Below are positions 1 to 9,434 of a stretch of 64,000 nucleotides of DNA, piece after piece. Both the position numbers and the translations under genes were made by a program. Below the pieces are notes generated by a model that saw nothing but the letters and a program-made list of their open reading frames with translations, ran no database searches and had not been told where the DNA came from. The stretch spans positions 131,273 through 195,272 of the forward strand of contig CAKOUO010000001.1 of NCBI GenBank assembly GCA_934120645.1. The letters run 5' to 3'. Position 1 is the stretch's first letter, and the number at the start of each line of letters is the position of its first letter. Origin of the DNA: an uncultured Clostridia bacterium. Lineage in GTDB: Bacteria; Bacillota; Clostridia; TANB77; CAG-508.

Positions 1-1
1 T

Positions 2-661
2 TGGATTAGAAATTCGCTAACTGGATTAATTAATATTGTTACATCAATTCCAAGTATAGCAATTTATTTTGTAATAACCATAATGGCATTATATTTAATA
101 TGTGTAGATAAAGTATATATATTAGACCAAATAGAACATCATTTTCCTAAAAAATGGGTATTTAGATTAGGAAAACATATAAGAGAATTAATAAAAACAT
201 TAGGAGGATATTTAAAAGCTGAAGCAACATTAATTTTAATATCATTTGTAATTTCTTTAATAGGGTTGTATATATTAAAGTTTGCAAATTTTAATATAGA
301 ATATCCACTTCTAATGGCTCTTTTTATAGGATTTGTAGATGCTCTACCAATTTTAGGTTCTGGAACAGTTATGGTTCCATGGGCTATAATTTCAGCATTA
401 AATGGAGATTTGAAATTAGGAATTGCAATTATTGTATTGTTTGCAATAATGTCTACAGTAAGACAATTTTTAGAACCAAGATTAGTTAGCAAACATATTG
501 GAACACATCCTATTTTTACTTTAATTGCAATGTATACAGGTTTTAAATTCTTAGGAATAATAGGTATGCTTGTTGGACCAATAGTATTAATTATTATAAA
601 AAATGTTTTTGCAACATTGATAGATGGGGGAGTAGTAAAAACAATTTTTGATAAAAATTAA
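2..661 (+). CDS. AI-2E/PerM-family integral membrane protein, YtvI-like; 5' end lies outside the window
   Basis: The frame is open from nt 2 to TAA at 659-661, so the listed ATG at 83 is internal. Polytopic hydrophobic protein with GFVDALPILGSGTVMVPW and RQFLEPRLVSKHIGTHP blocks typical of AI-2E/YtvI transporters. Confidence 0.7.
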   Translation, partial: WIRNSLTGLINIVTSIPSIAIYFVITIMALYLICVDKVYILDQIEHHFPKKWVFRLGKHIRELIKTLGGYLKAEATLILISFVISLIGLYILKFANFNIEYPLLMALFIGFVDALPILGSGTVMVPWAIISALNGDLKLGIAIIVLFAIMSTVRQFLEPRLVSKHIGTHPIFTLIAMYTGFKFLGIIGMLVGPIVLIIIKNVFATLIDGGVVKTIFDKN

Positions 662-667
662 AAAAAT

Positions 668-694
668 GCCCCACATAATACTTTTATGTGGGGC
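668..694. terminator. Bidirectional intrinsic terminator hairpin
   Basis: Perfect 11-bp stem gccccacataa/ttatgtggggc (668-678 / 684-694) with a 5-nt loop. A-run upstream, T-rich downstream. Lies between convergent genes. Confidence 0.6.
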
Positions 695-705
695 AATCTG
701 ATATA

Positions 706-1254
706 TTATAAAATACCAGATGTTGGAATATAACTATCATCAGGAGGATAAACATATTCATCAGATGGAGTATTAACTTTTTTTATGTCTGTAATAACAA
801 CAATAGGCATATCACCATGGTATGAACCTTTTTTAATTTCACCAGTTATCTCTACCCATGTGTTATTATCAAAATCTTTAGAATTATCATATTCACACAA
901 AAAACCAACAACAACAGACTGTGAACTAGAGTTAATAATCATATTTCTAGCTAGAACAAATTGATTATCTTGCAAATCTGATACCCTATAAATATACCCT
1001 GTAAAATTTATTTTTTTGCCAACATAAGAATCAATATCTTCATGAACAGTTTTTAGAATATTGGTATAACTTTTAGATGTGATTTTACAAATTCCAGAAC
1101 CATCAATACTATCAGAAACAGTAAAATTATTGTTGGCACCAGATATTACTCTATGAAAAACAATACCTAAAATAATAATCATTATAATTATTATGAAAAT
1201 AAAAAAAATCTTAAAAATCTTACTTCCATTTACTTTAACATTAAAAACAAACAT
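706..1254 (-). CDS. Membrane-anchored protein with DUF1980/TIGR03943-like C-terminal domain
   Basis: One N-terminal TM helix followed by a soluble domain. The GKKINFTGYIY...FVLARNMII...VVVGFLCEY pattern resembles DUF1980 (recalled from memory, not searched). Confidence 0.45.
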   Translation of the reverse strand: MFVFNVKVNGSKIFKIFFIFIIIIMIIILGIVFHRVISGANNNFTVSDSIDGSGICKITSKSYTNILKTVHEDIDSYVGKKINFTGYIYRVSDLQDNQFVLARNMIINSSSQSVVVGFLCEYDNSKDFDNNTWVEITGEIKKGSYHGDMPIVVITDIKKVNTPSDEYVYPPDDSYIPTSGIL

Positions 1255-1348
1255 ATAAAATCCTCTTTTCTAAAGTTGATTAGTAAAATGTATGTTAAAG
1301 TTAAAAAAATATTACAATAAATACCTTTAAAATATTTATCAAAACCCC

Positions 1349-1377
1349 TTGATAAAAAATATTTTTAGTGATATAGT
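1349..1377 (+). promoter_or_regulatory. Putative sigma-A promoter of secA
   Basis: TTGATA (1349-1354), 17-nt spacer, extended -10 TGaTATAGT (1369-1377). AGGAGG RBS at 1399-1404 lies ahead of the ATG at 1416. Confidence 0.45.
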
Positions 1378-1415
1378 TACAAAGTAAAATATAAACTTAG
1401 GAGGAATGTACCATT

Positions 1416-4169
1416 ATGAAACTATTCAAAACATATAGTGAGAAAGAAGTAAAAAGGGTAATGCCAATAGTAAACAAAATAAATAGTTTAGAACCAGAAA
1501 TGGAAAAATTGACAGACCATGAATTAAGAGAGAAAACAAATTATTTTAAAAAGCAATTAGCTGAAGGAAAAACACTAGATGATATATTACCAGAAGCTTT
1601 TGCAGTTGTTAGAGAGGCCTCAAAAAGATCATTAGGAATGAGACATTTTGATGTCCAATTAATAGGTGGTATTATATTACATCAAGGAAGAATTGCAGAA
1701 ATGAAAACTGGTGAAGGTAAAACATTAGTTGCAACATTACCAGTATATTTAAACGCATTAGAAGGAAAAGGCGTACATGTTATTACAGTAAATGATTACT
1801 TAGCAAAAAGAGATAGTGAATGGATGGGAAAATTATATAAATTCTTAGGACTATCAGTAGGCTTAGTAATTGCTGGAATGGAACCACAAGCAAAACAAAA
1901 AGCATATGCAGCAGATATTACATATGGTACAAACAATGAATTTGGATTTGATTATTTAAGAGATAATATGGTTATTTATAAAAACCAATTAGTACAAAGA
2001 GGATTACACTATGCAATTGTCGATGAAATTGATAGTATTTTAATAGATGAAGCAAGAACACCACTTATTATTTCTGGTAGAGCAAATGAATCATCAGATT
2101 TATATAAAAAAGCAGATAGCTTTGTTAGAAAACTTGAAGCTAAAGTTATAGTAGAAGAAGATGTTAAAGATTTTGAACAAGCAGAAGATAATGAAAAATA
2201 TGATTATATAGTAGATTTAAAAGCAAAATCAGCATCACTTACACAAAAAGGTATAAAAAAGGCAGAAGAATTCTTTGGATTAGAAAACTTTAATGACTTA
2301 GAAAACTCTACATTAGTACACCATGTAAACCAAGCATTACGTGCGCACGGAGTTATGAAAAAAGATATAGATTACATCGTAAAAGATGGAGAAGTTTTAA
2401 TTGTTGATGAATTTACTGGACGTATTATGTATGGAAGAAGATATAACAATGGATTACATCAAGCAATAGAAGCTAAAGAAAAAGTAAAAATAGCAGATGA
2501 ATCAAAAACACTTGCAACAATTACATTCCAAAACTACTTTAGAATGTATGATAAATTATCTGGTATGACAGGTACAGCCATGACAGAAGAAGCAGAATTC
2601 GAAGAAATATATAATTTAGATGTTGTAGCTATTCCAACAAACAAACCTATGGTAAGAAAAGATGAAAATGATGTAATATACAAAAATGAAAATGCTAAAT
2701 TTAGAGCTGTAATAGAAAGTGTTAAAGAAAGTCATGCAAAAGGACAACCAGTTTTAATTGGTACAATATCTATTGAAAAATCAGAAAAATTAAGCAAACT
2801 ATTAAATGAAGCTAGAATACCTCATGAAGTATTAAATGCTAAATCACACGAAAAAGAAGCTATGATAATAGCACAAGCTGGTAAATTTGGAGCAGTTACA
2901 ATAGCAACAAACATGGCAGGACGTGGTACTGATATTATGCTTGGAGGAAACAGTGAATATTTAGCTAAAGAAGAAATGAAGAAAAACAAAGTGCCAGAAT
3001 ATTTAATAGAAGAATCTAATACTTACTATGAAACAGATGACCAAGATATATTAAGAGCAAGAGAACAATTCAAAAAATTAGTTACAAAATTTGAAGAAGA
3101 CATAAAAGAAGAAAAACAAAAAGTAATTGTAGCAGGAGGATTAAAAATAATCGGTACTGCAAGACATGAATCAAGGAGAATTGACAACCAATTAAGAGGA
3201 CGTTCTGGACGTCAAGGTGATGTCGGAGAATCTAAATTCTACATTGGATTAGATGATGATTTAATGAAAATATTTGGTGGAGATGCAATTACTAAAGTAT
3301 ATAATACATTAGGTGCAGATGAAGATATGCCAATACAATCACGAATTATCTCTAGAGCAGTTGAAAATGCTCAAAAGAAAGTAGAAGGAAGAAACTTCAG
3401 TATTCGTAAAAATGTATTAAAATATGATGATGTTATGAATGCACAAAGAGAAATTATCTATAAACAAAGAAGAGAAGTTCTTGATGGAGAAGACATCCAT
3501 GGAAATATCTTAAATATGATAAAGACAATTGCTGATGAAACAGTTGATATGTTTACAGAAGGAGAAGACGGAAAATCAGTAAATGTAGAAGCTTTAAATA
3601 CAGAAATAACAAATCAATTCGGCTTAGATATGAAAGAATTCATTAAAGAAAATGAAAACAATTCAAAAGCTATAGTAGAAGAACTAGAAAAACAAGCATT
3701 AGATAAATATCAATTAAAAGAAGATGAAATAACACCTGAAAAAATGAGAGAACTTGAAAGAGTTGTAATGCTTAAAGTAGTTGATGAAAAATGGATGAAT
3801 CATATTGATAATATGGACGAATTAAAAGATGGTATTGGATTAAGAGCATATGGACAACAAGATCCTGTTGTAAAATATAGGGTTGAAGGTATGGATATGT
3901 TTGAAGAAATGGTAGCAGATATAAAGACAGATGTTGTTAAAATTCTTATGAATATTAGAAAACAAAATGGTGATGTAAAAAGACAAGAAGCTGCAAAAAT
4001 CACAGGTGCAGCATTAGAAGCTATTCAAAGTGTAGATGGTGGTAAAAAAATAAATACACCTGAACATAGTCAAACAGTAGTAAATGAAGGCCCTAAAGTT
4101 GGTAGAAATGATCCTTGCCCTTGTGGAAGTGGAAAGAAATATAAGAACTGCTGTGGCAAAAACGCGTAA
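1416..4169 (+). CDS. secA: Preprotein translocase ATPase SecA
   Basis: 917 aa. Contains [11 protein letters not shown] (Walker A), [18 protein letters not shown], the GRSGRQGD motif and the C-terminal zinc finger [14 protein letters not shown]. Confidence 0.97.
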   Translation: MKLFKTYSEKEVKRVMPIVNKINSLEPEMEKLTDHELREKTNYFKKQLAEGKTLDDILPEAFAVVREASKRSLGMRHFDVQLIGGIILHQGRIAEMKTGEGKTLVATLPVYLNALEGKGVHVITVNDYLAKRDSEWMGKLYKFLGLSVGLVIAGMEPQAKQKAYAADITYGTNNEFGFDYLRDNMVIYKNQLVQRGLHYAIVDEIDSILIDEARTPLIISGRANESSDLYKKADSFVRKLEAKVIVEEDVKDFEQAEDNEKYDYIVDLKAKSASLTQKGIKKAEEFFGLENFNDLENSTLVHHVNQALRAHGVMKKDIDYIVKDGEVLIVDEFTGRIMYGRRYNNGLHQAIEAKEKVKIADESKTLATITFQNYFRMYDKLSGMTGTAMTEEAEFEEIYNLDVVAIPTNKPMVRKDENDVIYKNENAKFRAVIESVKESHAKGQPVLIGTISIEKSEKLSKLLNEARIPHEVLNAKSHEKEAMIIAQAGKFGAVTIATNMAGRGTDIMLGGNSEYLAKEEMKKNKVPEYLIEESNTYYETDDQDILRAREQFKKLVTKFEEDIKEEKQKVIVAGGLKIIGTARHESRRIDNQLRGRSGRQGDVGESKFYIGLDDDLMKIFGGDAITKVYNTLGADEDMPIQSRIISRAVENAQKKVEGRNFSIRKNVLKYDDVMNAQREIIYKQRREVLDGEDIHGNILNMIKTIADETVDMFTEGEDGKSVNVEALNTEITNQFGLDMKEFIKENENNSKAIVEELEKQALDKYQLKEDEITPEKMRELERVVMLKVVDEKWMNHIDNMDELKDGIGLRAYGQQDPVVKYRVEGMDMFEEMVADIKTDVVKILMNIRKQNGDVKRQEAAKITGAALEAIQSVDGGKKINTPEHSQTVVNEGPKVGRNDPCPCGSGKKYKNCCGKNA

Positions 4170-4263
4170 ATACTGAATTACAAGAATTTTTTTAAAAACA
4201 AAAATAGCAAAATCAGTTCGTTTTGTCAACAAAAATATAAAATTGCGAATAAAAATGCTAAAA

Positions 4264-4305
4264 AAGAAATGTAGACATATGATATATGTTAACATTTCTT
4301 TTTTT
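4264..4305 (+). terminator. Intrinsic terminator downstream of secA
   Basis: Stem aagaaatgt/acatttctt (4264-4272 / 4292-4300), extended by an inner acatat/atatgt pairing, followed by a T-run to 4305. Confidence 0.6.
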
Positions 4306-4498
4306 ATGCAAAAGAGGAATCAAAAAGAGAGGCATATAATTCTTTGTAAAAGGTAATTTATCTAGATAAAATTGATGAAATAATAAGTTATAGCATAGAA
4401 AATTTGATATTGCTTGAAAAAATAGGAAAATAATGGTAAAATAATATTGAAAAGTATAAGATGATAGATAAAATAATGTAAATTTTGGAGGTAAAACA

Positions 4499-5749
4499 GT
4501 GAAAATTATATTTTTTTACTATTATTACGATGACAAGATAAAAGACAAGCAAAGAGTAGAGTTTCCACCATTAGGTATGTTATATCTGTGTTCAGCTTTA
4601 GAAAAAAATGGTTGTGATGTAGAAGTTAAGTATTTTGACGAAAATACTAAAATAGAAGATATTCCAAATGCTGATATATATGCATATTCAATTTCATCTA
4701 CAGCTTCATATCCGACATATCTAAAATTATGTGAAAAATTAAAGAAAAAAGCTAAATATCATATTGCTGGAAACACTCAAGCAACGATATTTCCTCAAAA
4801 AATTTTAAAAGAAATGAAATTGGATGTAGTCTTCACAGGAGAAGGTGAAGAAACAGTTACAAAGTGGATACAAGACGGATGTAAAGAAAAAGGAATAATA
4901 AAAGGAGAAAGAGTTAATGTTGAGAATTTACCTTTTCCAGCAAGACATTTAATTCCAGATGAAAAGATATATATGAATAATCGTGTTGGAGGAAAGAGCA
5001 AAAATTCTATTAGTATGATTTCTTCAAGGGGGTGCTTATTTAGATGTAAGTTTTGTGCAATTCAAAATAGAGGAAAAGTAAAATTTAGAAATTTAAAAGA
5101 TTTTGAAGAAGAAGTAAAATATCTCTTAAAAAGATATTATAAATGTGATGGAATTACATTACTAGATGAAACATTTACACTTAATACAAAGCATGCGATA
5201 GGAATTGCTAATATCTTTAAGAAGTATGGCTTGAAATGGGAATGTAATTCTAGAGTAGATACAGTCAATGATGAAATTATACAGGCTTTAAGAAATAGCA
5301 ATTGCCAAGAAATAAGATTAGGAATTGAAAGTGGCTCACAAAGAATGGTTGATAATATGAATAAAGATATAAATTTAAAAGAATCAAAAAAAGTAATAAA
5401 AAAACTACATGAAAATGGAATACCGGTAAAATTATATATAATGCATGGATATCCAGGAGAAAATATAGAAAGTAGTTTAGAGACAATAAAATATTTAAAT
5501 GAATTAAGGGAATATATACATAGAATTAGTTTATATAGATTTGTACCATTGCCAGGTTCTCCAGTATTTGCAGAAGGAAAACTTAATCAATTAGATTGGA
5601 CAGATTACACAATATATGATAATAATAATCATTGGTGGGGAACACAAGCAGATTTTAATAATATGAATATAGGATATAGGATGTTAGAAAAATGTGTAAA
5701 ATCAATAAATAATAAAGAATATAGAAAAGAATTTGAAGAAGAGAGGTAA
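4499..5749 (+). CDS. B12-binding-domain radical SAM protein
   Basis: GTG start 7 nt after GGAGG (4487-4491). N-terminal Rossmann-like domain of about 130 aa. CLFRCKFC = CxxxCxxC cluster motif at aa 179-186 (nt 5033-5056). Downstream GIESGS-type radical-SAM core. Confidence 0.85.
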   Translation: MKIIFFYYYYDDKIKDKQRVEFPPLGMLYLCSALEKNGCDVEVKYFDENTKIEDIPNADIYAYSISSTASYPTYLKLCEKLKKKAKYHIAGNTQATIFPQKILKEMKLDVVFTGEGEETVTKWIQDGCKEKGIIKGERVNVENLPFPARHLIPDEKIYMNNRVGGKSKNSISMISSRGCLFRCKFCAIQNRGKVKFRNLKDFEEEVKYLLKRYYKCDGITLLDETFTLNTKHAIGIANIFKKYGLKWECNSRVDTVNDEIIQALRNSNCQEIRLGIESGSQRMVDNMNKDINLKESKKVIKKLHENGIPVKLYIMHGYPGENIESSLETIKYLNELREYIHRISLYRFVPLPGSPVFAEGKLNQLDWTDYTIYDNNNHWWGTQADFNNMNIGYRMLEKCVKSINNKEYRKEFEEER

Positions 5750-5757
5750 TAATAAAA

Positions 5758-6441
5758 ATGGAATGTTCATTTTGTAGTGAAATAAATAATAAAGAAGAAA
5801 ATAATTTTTTTGATATATATCTAAAAAAAGAATTTGAAAAAGAAGGATTAAATAGTAGAATAGTAGCAACTACAAAGAAATTTGTAATAATGCCTATGGT
5901 AGGACCACTAGTTCCAGGATATTTATTAATAGTACCAAAAGATCATTACTTATCAATAGCACAATTGCCAAAAGAACAAGTTGAAGAATTAAAAATGATA
6001 AAAGAAGAATTAAAAAAAGTGTTTAAGCAATATTATGGAAAATTTGTATTTTTCGAACATGGGGCATTGTCTTGTTCAGCAAAAGGCGGATGCTGTTCTG
6101 ATCATGCACACTTACATATAGTTGCAGTTGATATAGATGTAAAAGACGAGTTTAGTAAATATGGATACAAATTAAGAAAAATAGAAGACTACAGCGAAAT
6201 AATAGATCAAAAGCAAAGAAACACACCATATTTATATTATGAAAATCAAAATGAAGAAATGTTTGTTGCTGATGCACCAGTAGTAGAATCACAATTTATA
6301 AGAAAATTAATTGCGAAAGATATTAATGCATTAGATAGAGCTTTATGGAATGAAAATATTAGGAAGGATTGGATGATAGAGATAGTAAAAACTTTAAGAC
6401 CACATTTTGAAAATTTGAAAGGAACTTCAATATGGGAATAA
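5758..6441 (+). CDS. HIT-like / GalT-like nucleotide hydrolase or transferase
   Basis: Starts 8 nt after the radical-SAM stop. N-terminal CSFC (CxxC) and a histidine-triad-like DHAHLHIV at aa 115-122 (nt 6100-6123). Confidence 0.6.
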   Translation: MECSFCSEINNKEENNFFDIYLKKEFEKEGLNSRIVATTKKFVIMPMVGPLVPGYLLIVPKDHYLSIAQLPKEQVEELKMIKEELKKVFKQYYGKFVFFEHGALSCSAKGGCCSDHAHLHIVAVDIDVKDEFSKYGYKLRKIEDYSEIIDQKQRNTPYLYYENQNEEMFVADAPVVESQFIRKLIAKDINALDRALWNENIRKDWMIEIVKTLRPHFENLKGTSIWE

Positions 6442-6519
6442 AACAATTTTTAGGAATAAAATGGATTAAAGATAATCCACAGATGCTATTTTATGATAAT
6501 TTGACGCATTCTATAGAAT

Positions 6520-7380
6520 ATGAAGATTGTAGTCGGAAATATAGAGATTAAAAAGACTATGGAGAAACATTGCAAAGGCTATTATAATTTATTAAAAAGA
6601 GAAATAGTACCATGTCAATTTTTTACTGATTTGACGGGGAGTGAATATTGCCAATGCAAAGCATGTCAGACAAAGTCTGGATTTGATTTATGTTTAGGAT
6701 GTAATGGTAGTATATGTCGAACAAATAGTGATACAGCAAGAAGATTTTGCCATGAAGAACATCATGTATACCTTGCTTATTTTGCAAATGATAAATTAAA
6801 GGTAGGAACTGCGGCTAGTTACAGAAAATATGAAAGACTATTAGAACAAGGGGCTATTTATTCTATATTTTTAGCTCAAACTCCAAATGGAAGAATTGCA
6901 AGACAATTAGAGAGTAGAATATCAAATTTAGGAATAGCATCTAGAGTGAACTCATCTTATAAAATGAATAATTTTATAATAGATAGAGACCAAGAAGAAA
7001 TAGACAAGATGCTTATGAAAGAATATGAATCTATTTTACAAAGAATAGATGATAAATGTAAAAAATATTTTATTAAGCCAGAGTATAATAATTTTACAAA
7101 TATTTCTGATAAAGTAAAACAAAATTTATTAGAAGGAAGTAGACAATTAAATCTTTTTGGTAACATGGATGAACCAGAATATAAAGAATACACAAAAGTA
7201 TACAAACCAGAATATATATCAGGAGAAATCATGGCAACTGTTGGAAACTTGATATTGTTAATGAAAGATAATAAATATTCTGTAGTTAATATGAAAAATT
7301 TGGAGGGATGGATAGTCGACTTTAAAAAGAGAGAAATAGGAGAGAAAAGTAATGATAGCATTGACAAAGGCGAAAGATAG
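6520..7380 (+). CDS. Cys/His-rich zinc-ribbon protein with DUF2797-like region (hypothetical)
   Basis: Nine Cys in the first 80 aa (CQCKAC, CLGCNGSIC, FCHEEHH). The KLKVGTAASYRKYERLLEQGA block resembles DUF2797 as I recall it. There is no convincing SD before ATG 6520; an in-frame TAG at 6514 forbids a longer N-terminus. Confidence 0.45.
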   Translation: MKIVVGNIEIKKTMEKHCKGYYNLLKREIVPCQFFTDLTGSEYCQCKACQTKSGFDLCLGCNGSICRTNSDTARRFCHEEHHVYLAYFANDKLKVGTAASYRKYERLLEQGAIYSIFLAQTPNGRIARQLESRISNLGIASRVNSSYKMNNFIIDRDQEEIDKMLMKEYESILQRIDDKCKKYFIKPEYNNFTNISDKVKQNLLEGSRQLNLFGNMDEPEYKEYTKVYKPEYISGEIMATVGNLILLMKDNKYSVVNMKNLEGWIVDFKKREIGEKSNDSIDKGER

Positions 7381-7660
7381 AAATTTAATATCTAAATATG
7401 GAAAATTAAAAGGATGGGATATTTGTAATAGTTTAGGACTGCCATCTTTTGGAGATGTATACATTTTAAGCGACTATATAGATGAAAAGGATCCGAAAAT
7501 AAAAGAAATATTTGGTATAGACAAAATTATTTATGGTAATTTTCAGATGCCAAACAAACCATTCGGAATTATGATGAATATATATGAAGATAAATTTTGT
7601 GTATTTGAAGTGTGGAATATCGAAAGATCAATTAACAAAACAATAGAACTAGATAGATAA
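7352..7660 (+). CDS. Hypothetical 102-aa protein, translationally coupled to the upstream gene
   Basis: The ATG at 7352 is preceded by GGAGAG (7339-7344) and overlaps the upstream ORF by 29 nt. No recognisable motif. Confidence 0.45.
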   Translation: MIALTKAKDRNLISKYGKLKGWDICNSLGLPSFGDVYILSDYIDEKDPKIKEIFGIDKIIYGNFQMPNKPFGIMMNIYEDKFCVFEVWNIERSINKTIELDR

Positions 7661-7681
7661 AACTACCTAGTTTTATTGTTT

Positions 7682-8107
7682 CTATAACCAATTATTGTCA
7701 TATAGAACCTGTTTTGTAATATTACTTAATTTTCCTAACTTATCTAGTTCTTTTATTTCTTCTTTAGTATAAAATTGTGCGCCTGCTAAATCAGTTGCTG
7801 AGTGAACTAAATTTTTGTCATAATCTGCTGACCAGTAGATTATAATTCGATGTTCATCTGGATTATTAATAATTTCATAAGTTTTTAATTGTTTAATATT
7901 TGTAATTTCTAACCCTGTTTCTTCCATTGTTTCTCTTTTTACAGTATCTTCCATTCTTTCAAATAATTCAACACCACCTCCAGGTGTAATTATCATTCCT
8001 TTATTTGGTTCTTTATTTCTAATTCCTAATAATAATTTATTATTTGATTTTATTAGAACAGAACAACCTACCCTTATATTATTCAAAAGATATCGCCTCC
8101 TATGCAT
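7682..8107 (-). CDS. NUDIX hydrolase
   Basis: Nudix box GGGVELFERMEDTVKRETMEETGLE (GX5EX7REUXEEXGU). Convergent with the radical-SAM operon. Confidence 0.85.
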   Translation of the reverse strand: MHRRRYLLNNIRVGCSVLIKSNNKLLLGIRNKEPNKGMIITPGGGVELFERMEDTVKRETMEETGLEITNIKQLKTYEIINNPDEHRIIIYWSADYDKNLVHSATDLAGAQFYTKEEIKELDKLGKLSNITKQVLYDNNWL

Positions 8108-8188
8108 AAAGAATATAATAAGAATTATATTTTGTCAACATATTTAAAATATAAAAAATATATGATATAATTCAAAAAAAAGAAAGAA

Positions 8189-9352
8189 GTGATAATCTTG
8201 GAAATATATTTAGATAATGCTGCAACAACAAAAATGGATAATAGAGTTTTCGAAGAAATGGTGCCATATTTGAAAGAAAAGTATGGAAATCCATCATCAG
8301 CTTATAAAATAGGAAGAGATAATAAGAAAATAATTGAAGATTCAAGAAAAAAAGTGGCTTTAAATTTAAATGCAAATCCAAGTGAAATATATTTTACAAG
8401 TGGTGGAAGTGAAGCCGATAATATGGCTTTGAAGGGGATTGCATTAGGTAATGTTGATAAAGGAAAACATATTATTACAAGTAAAATAGAACATCCAGCA
8501 GTTTTAGATACATGTAAAGAATTAGAAAGAGAAGGATTCGAAATTTCATATGTCGGAGTAGATGAAAACGGAATTATAAAATTAAGAGAACTAGAAAATA
8601 CAATAAGAAAGGATACAATTCTAATTTCAATTATGTTTGCTAATAATGAGATTGGAACGATTCAACCAATAAATGAAATAAGTCAAATTGCAAAAAAATA
8701 TAATATTTTATTTCATACAGATTGTGTACAGGCAATAGGAAATGTTAAAATAGATGTAAAAAGTATGAATATAGATTCACTTTCATTGTCTGCACATAAA
8801 TTTTATGGACCAAAAGGAATAGGCGTATTATATTTAAAAAATGGAATAAAATTTAGAAAATATTTGAATGGGGGACATCAAGAAAGAAATAGAAGAGCGG
8901 GAACAGAAAATGTTGCAGGAATTATTGGGTTAGCTAAAGCAATAAACATAGTTCATGATAACTTGGAAGAAAACAATAAAAAAACAATTGAATTAAGAGA
9001 CTATTTTATAAATGAAATTAAGAAAAATATAGAAGAAGTAAAGATTAATGGAGATTTAATAAAAAGGTTGCCGGGAAATATAAATATTACTTTTAAATTT
9101 GTAGAAGCAGACAATATATTATATGAATTAGATAAAAAAGGTATATACATATCTACAGGTAGCGCTTGTACTACTGGGAGTATAGAATCTTCGCATGTAT
9201 TAAGAGCTATAGGATTGTCAGATACTGAGGCACATAGTACTATCAGAATTAGTATAGGAAAATATAATAATAAAGAAGAAATAGATTATACTATAAAATG
9301 TTTAATTGAAGTGATTAATATGCTAAGAAAATTATCTCCATTATATTACTAA
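8189..9352 (+). CDS. nifS: Cysteine desulfurase (NifS/IscS class V aminotransferase)
   Basis: GTG start. PLP-lysine motif SAHKFYGPKG and catalytic-Cys loop STGSACTTGS. No adjacent NifU/IscU scaffold gene. Confidence 0.88.
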   Translation: MIILEIYLDNAATTKMDNRVFEEMVPYLKEKYGNPSSAYKIGRDNKKIIEDSRKKVALNLNANPSEIYFTSGGSEADNMALKGIALGNVDKGKHIITSKIEHPAVLDTCKELEREGFEISYVGVDENGIIKLRELENTIRKDTILISIMFANNEIGTIQPINEISQIAKKYNILFHTDCVQAIGNVKIDVKSMNIDSLSLSAHKFYGPKGIGVLYLKNGIKFRKYLNGGHQERNRRAGTENVAGIIGLAKAINIVHDNLEENNKKTIELRDYFINEIKKNIEEVKINGDLIKRLPGNINITFKFVEADNILYELDKKGIYISTGSACTTGSIESSHVLRAIGLSDTEAHSTIRISIGKYNNKEEIDYTIKCLIEVINMLRKLSPLYY

Positions 9353-9434
9353 TAATATTAAGTATTGAAAATTTCTAAAATTATTATTATAATTAATTTA
9401 GGAAAATAAAAAATACTATAATAAAGGGGATAAA

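Noticed and set aside
4221-4234. ttttgtcaacaaaa palindrome downstream of secA as a further copy of the TGTCAA hairpin repeat.
   Set aside because: It shares only the TGTCAA hexamer. The GGGACG loop and the TTGACA arm of the repeat family are absent.
4446-4466. Six-codon mini-ORF (atg ata gat aaa ata atg taa) just upstream of the radical-SAM gene, considered as a leader peptide or RiPP precursor.
   Set aside because: It has no RBS and is far too short and featureless for a precursor peptide. No other small ORF with an SD lies near the radical-SAM gene.
6472-6480. DnaA-box-like TAATCCACA between the HIT-like and Cys-rich genes.
   Set aside because: It is a single copy with one mismatch, with no cluster of boxes or adjacent unwinding element. 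It does not indicate an origin.
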